Below, piece by piece: positions 60,889 to 64,000 of a DNA stretch of 64,000 nt. Each line of letters begins with the position of its first letter. Position 1 is the stretch's first letter. Source of the stretch: an uncultured virus (IMG/VR IMGVR_UViG_3300035698_023946) (Duplodnaviria > Heunggongvirae > Uroviricota > Caudoviricetes). The position numbers and the translations under genes were made by a program. The stretch lies in IMG/VR virus record IMGVR_UViG_3300035698_023946. One strand, written 5' to 3'. The notes under the pieces are model-generated. The model was not told the DNA's origin. It was given only the letters and a program-made list of their open reading frames with translations, and made no database searches.

Positions 60889-61265
60889 ATGATTCCACAA
60901 TTTCAGATTTTAACGATTATCTAGTTAGAAGACTGACAAAACGGAATTCTTATCAAAGAAAGATTGCTGGAATCGACAAAGACATAATTAAACAATTGGG
61001 AGATATTCTTCTTTTCATTCTAGCAAAAGAAGGCATAAAATTAAAACCTAACGAATTGGGGGTCTATGCCGGTGAAGAAGGATTTGAGATAGGAAGTAAA
61101 ATTAATCCTAGATCAAGAAAGCTAAGACATGTCATGACTGTGAAATGGAATGGGGATGTTCAAATTGTAGACAGAGATCATGACTATCTAGGAGTTATCG
61201 ATACGATAACTCCTTACTTGCATAAGCTTTTTACACATGAATATTTAAAGATAAAATTTAACTAG
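60870..61265 (+). CDS. hypothetical protein
   Basis: 131-aa ORF, GAGG RBS. Confidence 0.6.
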   Translation: MAIKELNDSTISDFNDYLVRRLTKRNSYQRKIAGIDKDIIKQLGDILLFILAKEGIKLKPNELGVYAGEEGFEIGSKINPRSRKLRHVMTVKWNGDVQIVDRDHDYLGVIDTITPYLHKLFTHEYLKIKFN

Positions 61266-61653
61266 ACAATCTTTCTATATCTTTTTCAGTATATGTGAAA
61301 TCCCAATAAGAATCTTTCAACAACGATTTAGAATAAATCGTTTTAGACCGACTTCCGCTTGAACGCTTATAGTAAAGCGGATCTTCTACCAACTCTCTCT
61401 TAAGCCTCAATTGTTCCTCAGCTGGCAACAACTTCGCTTTAGACTTCCTCCAAGCTTCTGAATCGGTACACCCCTGCCCTTTTAGCATATTGTAAATATG
61501 CCTAACCTTCATTATGTCAAAAACAAACCCACTATCAGAATCTGTTAAGAACTTATCGTTGGTAGTCTCCAGCTTAGAAGGGCCATTGACCATATAGTCT
61601 TCAACATTTTGTTGAATTAGAACATTAGTTTGATTCTGTTTTCTTAACGTCAT
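61258..61653 (-). CDS. hypothetical protein
   Basis: 131-aa ORF, AGGAG RBS. Confidence 0.6.
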   Translation of the reverse strand: MTLRKQNQTNVLIQQNVEDYMVNGPSKLETTNDKFLTDSDSGFVFDIMKVRHIYNMLKGQGCTDSEAWRKSKAKLLPAEEQLRLKRELVEDPLYYKRSSGSRSKTIYSKSLLKDSYWDFTYTEKDIERLSS

Positions 61654-62272
61654 TTGAATCTCCTGTATGAGAAGTATTTCTTAACATCGAGTTCAACCCT
61701 CTATCTATGAAATCTAACTTATGATCTATCCCTAACAATCCCTTTTCAATAAAATCAATTTTGACAGATAATGAGTTATGATCCCCTAAAACGGACTGCC
61801 GCATACTCTCTATATAATGCTTCACGTCATCTGGGGTCGTCACAGAAAGCATCAACTTTAAATCTTCACTTTCCCTAAGAATATCATCCAAAGAATTATT
61901 GCATTCTAATGCATATTGCTTTCTTTCTATCTTAGCATCATCAAAAGAATTAAGTATATCGCTTTTGAAACTAAATGCGAACCACACAATTGCGACTATG
62001 ACTGGAACGCTTCCAGCCAGTAAACCGGCAATCGATTTATAATAAGAAAACCGATCTACTAACTTTACAGAAGATAATTGACTACGACTTTCTAGTCGAT
62101 CACTATCTTGAATAAGGTGAGAAAGTAGCTCTAACTGTTCTTCGTCTTCAGGAATATCTAACTTAGATATGTCAACCTTCCGTTCTTCTGCGACGTTTTG
62201 TTCCAGAAGACTTCGGTTTTGGATTGCGTTTCCTCTTTGCTTTTGGAAGCTCGATTTTTTCCACTTCATCAT
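61625..62272 (-). CDS. single-pass membrane coiled-coil protein
   Basis: Central hydrophobic IAGLLAGSVPVIVAIVWFAF. Confidence 0.6.
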   Translation of the reverse strand: MMKWKKSSFQKQRGNAIQNRSLLEQNVAEERKVDISKLDIPEDEEQLELLSHLIQDSDRLESRSQLSSVKLVDRFSYYKSIAGLLAGSVPVIVAIVWFAFSFKSDILNSFDDAKIERKQYALECNNSLDDILRESEDLKLMLSVTTPDDVKHYIESMRQSVLGDHNSLSVKIDFIEKGLLGIDHKLDFIDRGLNSMLRNTSHTGDSNDVKKTESN

Positions 62273-62927
62273 AATTTGATAAATCCATATTTATTTCAAT
62301 ATTAGAGCTTTTATTTTCCCCATTTTCAAATGAAGGAAATCTCTTTATATCGATTACCATTTCTTTCATTTTGATTTTACTAAGACCATGCTCCATATCC
62401 AAATCAACATCTGGATAATAAATATGTGTCAAATCCTTCGGTACTGCCACAATATTGTAATTCTTGAAAATATCTGATAACTTCTTTATATTAAACAACT
62501 TCAAATGACGATAAACTCTTCTACCGAGCTTTCTTTTAATCTCCTGCCTCAAAAACTCTATGTCATCAGATACCGCAACAAATGATCTAATATTATACTC
62601 TATGTCATCGTGAATATCTACCAGATATGCTTCAAAAAACCTTGATTCAGCATTCTTTGCGACCTTATTTTCAAAAACACTTTCATCATCTTTGTTTTTT
62701 AATTCTCCAAACTTATACGGGTATAATTCCGGTATTCTTTCGCATGGAAAGTCGTTCAAATCTACCGAACAAGAAAAATCTTGATAATCATTTTCTTCTA
62801 AGTTTTCTTTCTTTTTACAACCGTTATACTTGCACCCCACACAAGAACTCCACCGATCATGCAGATATTCCACCGTTTTCTCTGCTTCAATAACTTCATA
62901 TTCATCACTACACCCTTCTTTCATCAC
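62172..62927 (-). CDS. hypothetical protein
   Basis: 251-aa ORF. Confidence 0.6.
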   Translation of the reverse strand: MMKEGCSDEYEVIEAEKTVEYLHDRWSSCVGCKYNGCKKKENLEENDYQDFSCSVDLNDFPCERIPELYPYKFGELKNKDDESVFENKVAKNAESRFFEAYLVDIHDDIEYNIRSFVAVSDDIEFLRQEIKRKLGRRVYRHLKLFNIKKLSDIFKNYNIVAVPKDLTHIYYPDVDLDMEHGLSKIKMKEMVIDIKRFPSFENGENKSSNIEINMDLSNYDEVEKIELPKAKRKRNPKPKSSGTKRRRRTEG

Positions 62928-64000
62928 AACGCTCCTCTCTTTTTTGACTTATATTTATCTACAACTTTTTGCAATTTGTCCCAAATCTTAAAACGTTCAA
63001 TAGTATCTCTTTTATTTTCTTTTCTTTTTCTATCTCTATATTCGTGCCTATTTTTCATAGAATCATAAAGATGTTGATCGATCTCCATGTTTTGAGATAT
63101 TTTACGAATTTTACCATTCATTAATGCTGCTACCGTGCATATCGAACTACCGTTACCTAAAAACCTAACAGTTGATTCAGAACTTATTTTCTTCTTATCA
63201 ATCAGATCGTTTAAAACACATCTATGTTCTTGATCGAATTCATTCATGAAACAATTGACCAAGATAGAATCATTATCTGCTAATTTAACCTTAATAGGAT
63301 AATTGACTTCGCTATGTCTCATGACGGTTATACCCATCCTTCTTTTATTAACTTCGTCTTCAAGCTCTTCGCCTAAAGGTATCACATCTAAAAAGTTCAA
63401 GCTCTCATAATAATGATAAGCAGATTCGAAATTCAAATCAAAAGCCTGACTAAGAACTGACTTCATGTAATTCCTATTATCTCTCATGTTAATTCTATCA
63501 ACAAACTCTTGCTTATAGTTAATAGCTGCATCAAGAAAGTCTTGAGAAGCAGTTAATTCAAATTCTATCAAAAGTCTTGGTGCTCTAGCAATTATGAGAG
63601 GATTGTTTCTTATTGCAACATTCGCATCGATAGGGCATCTAAGAATCTTATCTTCTGTCAAATCTTTAAGACCCAATCCGGTGGCATCAATCATTTGCTC
63701 TTGAAAAATGTCGTAACAAAGAGTATTAACGGTGAAGTCCCTTTCGTAGATATTCCTATTCAACCATGTCAATTCCACTCCCATCCGATTCAATTCACCG
63801 TCGATATCGAAATGTACCAAAGGATTCTGAGCTGATTGAATTTCAATCTCACAACCATCCGAGATCATATGAATAGTTCCGGTGTTATCGAATTTACCCG
63901 GCTCACCAGCACCATGTTGGACCGCCAAGGTGTCTGCGAATTCGAAGTTCTTACCATTTTTTAAAATCAGGTCGATGTCTCCCTCACTAACACCATAGAC
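62924..64000 (-). CDS. CCA-adding / poly(A) polymerase family nucleotidyltransferase (5' end outside window)
   Basis: Frame stays open to the window edge, giving GDIDL (motif A); ERDFTVN (motif B); DATG.GLKDL...LR. Confidence 0.85.
   Translation of the reverse strand, partial: VYGVSEGDIDLILKNGKNFEFADTLAVQHGAGEPGKFDNTGTIHMISDGCEIEIQSAQNPLVHFDIDGELNRMGVELTWLNRNIYERDFTVNTLCYDIFQEQMIDATGLGLKDLTEDKILRCPIDANVAIRNNPLIIARAPRLLIEFELTASQDFLDAAINYKQEFVDRINMRDNRNYMKSVLSQAFDLNFESAYHYYESLNFLDVIPLGEELEDEVNKRRMGITVMRHSEVNYPIKVKLADNDSILVNCFMNEFDQEHRCVLNDLIDKKKISSESTVRFLGNGSSICTVAALMNGKIRKISQNMEIDQHLYDSMKNRHEYRDRKRKENKRDTIERFKIWDKLQKVVDKYKSKKRGAL

Noticed and set aside
1..64000. Cellular (bacterial/archaeal) chromosome origin
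   Set aside because: Mostly short unknown ORFs, scattered atypical tRNAs, several HNH genes and no housekeeping operons fit a large phage better. No capsid or terminase gene is in the window, so this remains an inference.

Overview
This 64-kb window looks like part of a large (jumbo/huge) bacteriophage genome in the standard genetic code. The evidence is dense, short, mostly co-oriented hypothetical ORFs, dispersed tRNAs, and no rRNA or ribosomal-protein genes. The left ~27 kb is a translation/RNA-repair region with 14 recognisable tRNA genes, many of them structurally atypical. It also holds several tRNA-like RNAs lacking a normal anticodon arm, a tmRNA (tag (A)DEYLPIAA), RtcB, an HNH-RNA ligase fusion, a cyclic-phosphate-type receiver protein, two DNA methyltransferases and HNH nucleases. 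The middle encodes secreted Thr/Pro-rich proteins, a dCMP deaminase, an NAD-dependent epimerase, peptide deformylase and a Nudix-like protein. The region ~38.8-59.8 kb is a large glycosylation cluster (GT9, GT2, PLOD-type GT, RGP/UDP-arabinopyranose-mutase-like, GH99-like and a 1396-aa multi-domain enzyme) interrupted by a solo TnpB-like nuclease. The window ends in a truncated CCA-adding/poly(A) polymerase-family gene. The best candidate for an undescribed system is a DIP1984-like coiled-coil gene just downstream of rtcB, followed by a ~210-nt highly paired ncRNA that displays anticodon-like stem-loops. Other highlights are a 60-nt anticodon-less tRNA-Ala mimic, tRNAs with mismatched body and anticodon classes, several apparent pseudo-enzymes, and a dispersed small-protein family sharing an N-terminal MxIxxHN motif. 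All family assignments come from motif recognition by eye; no database search was run.
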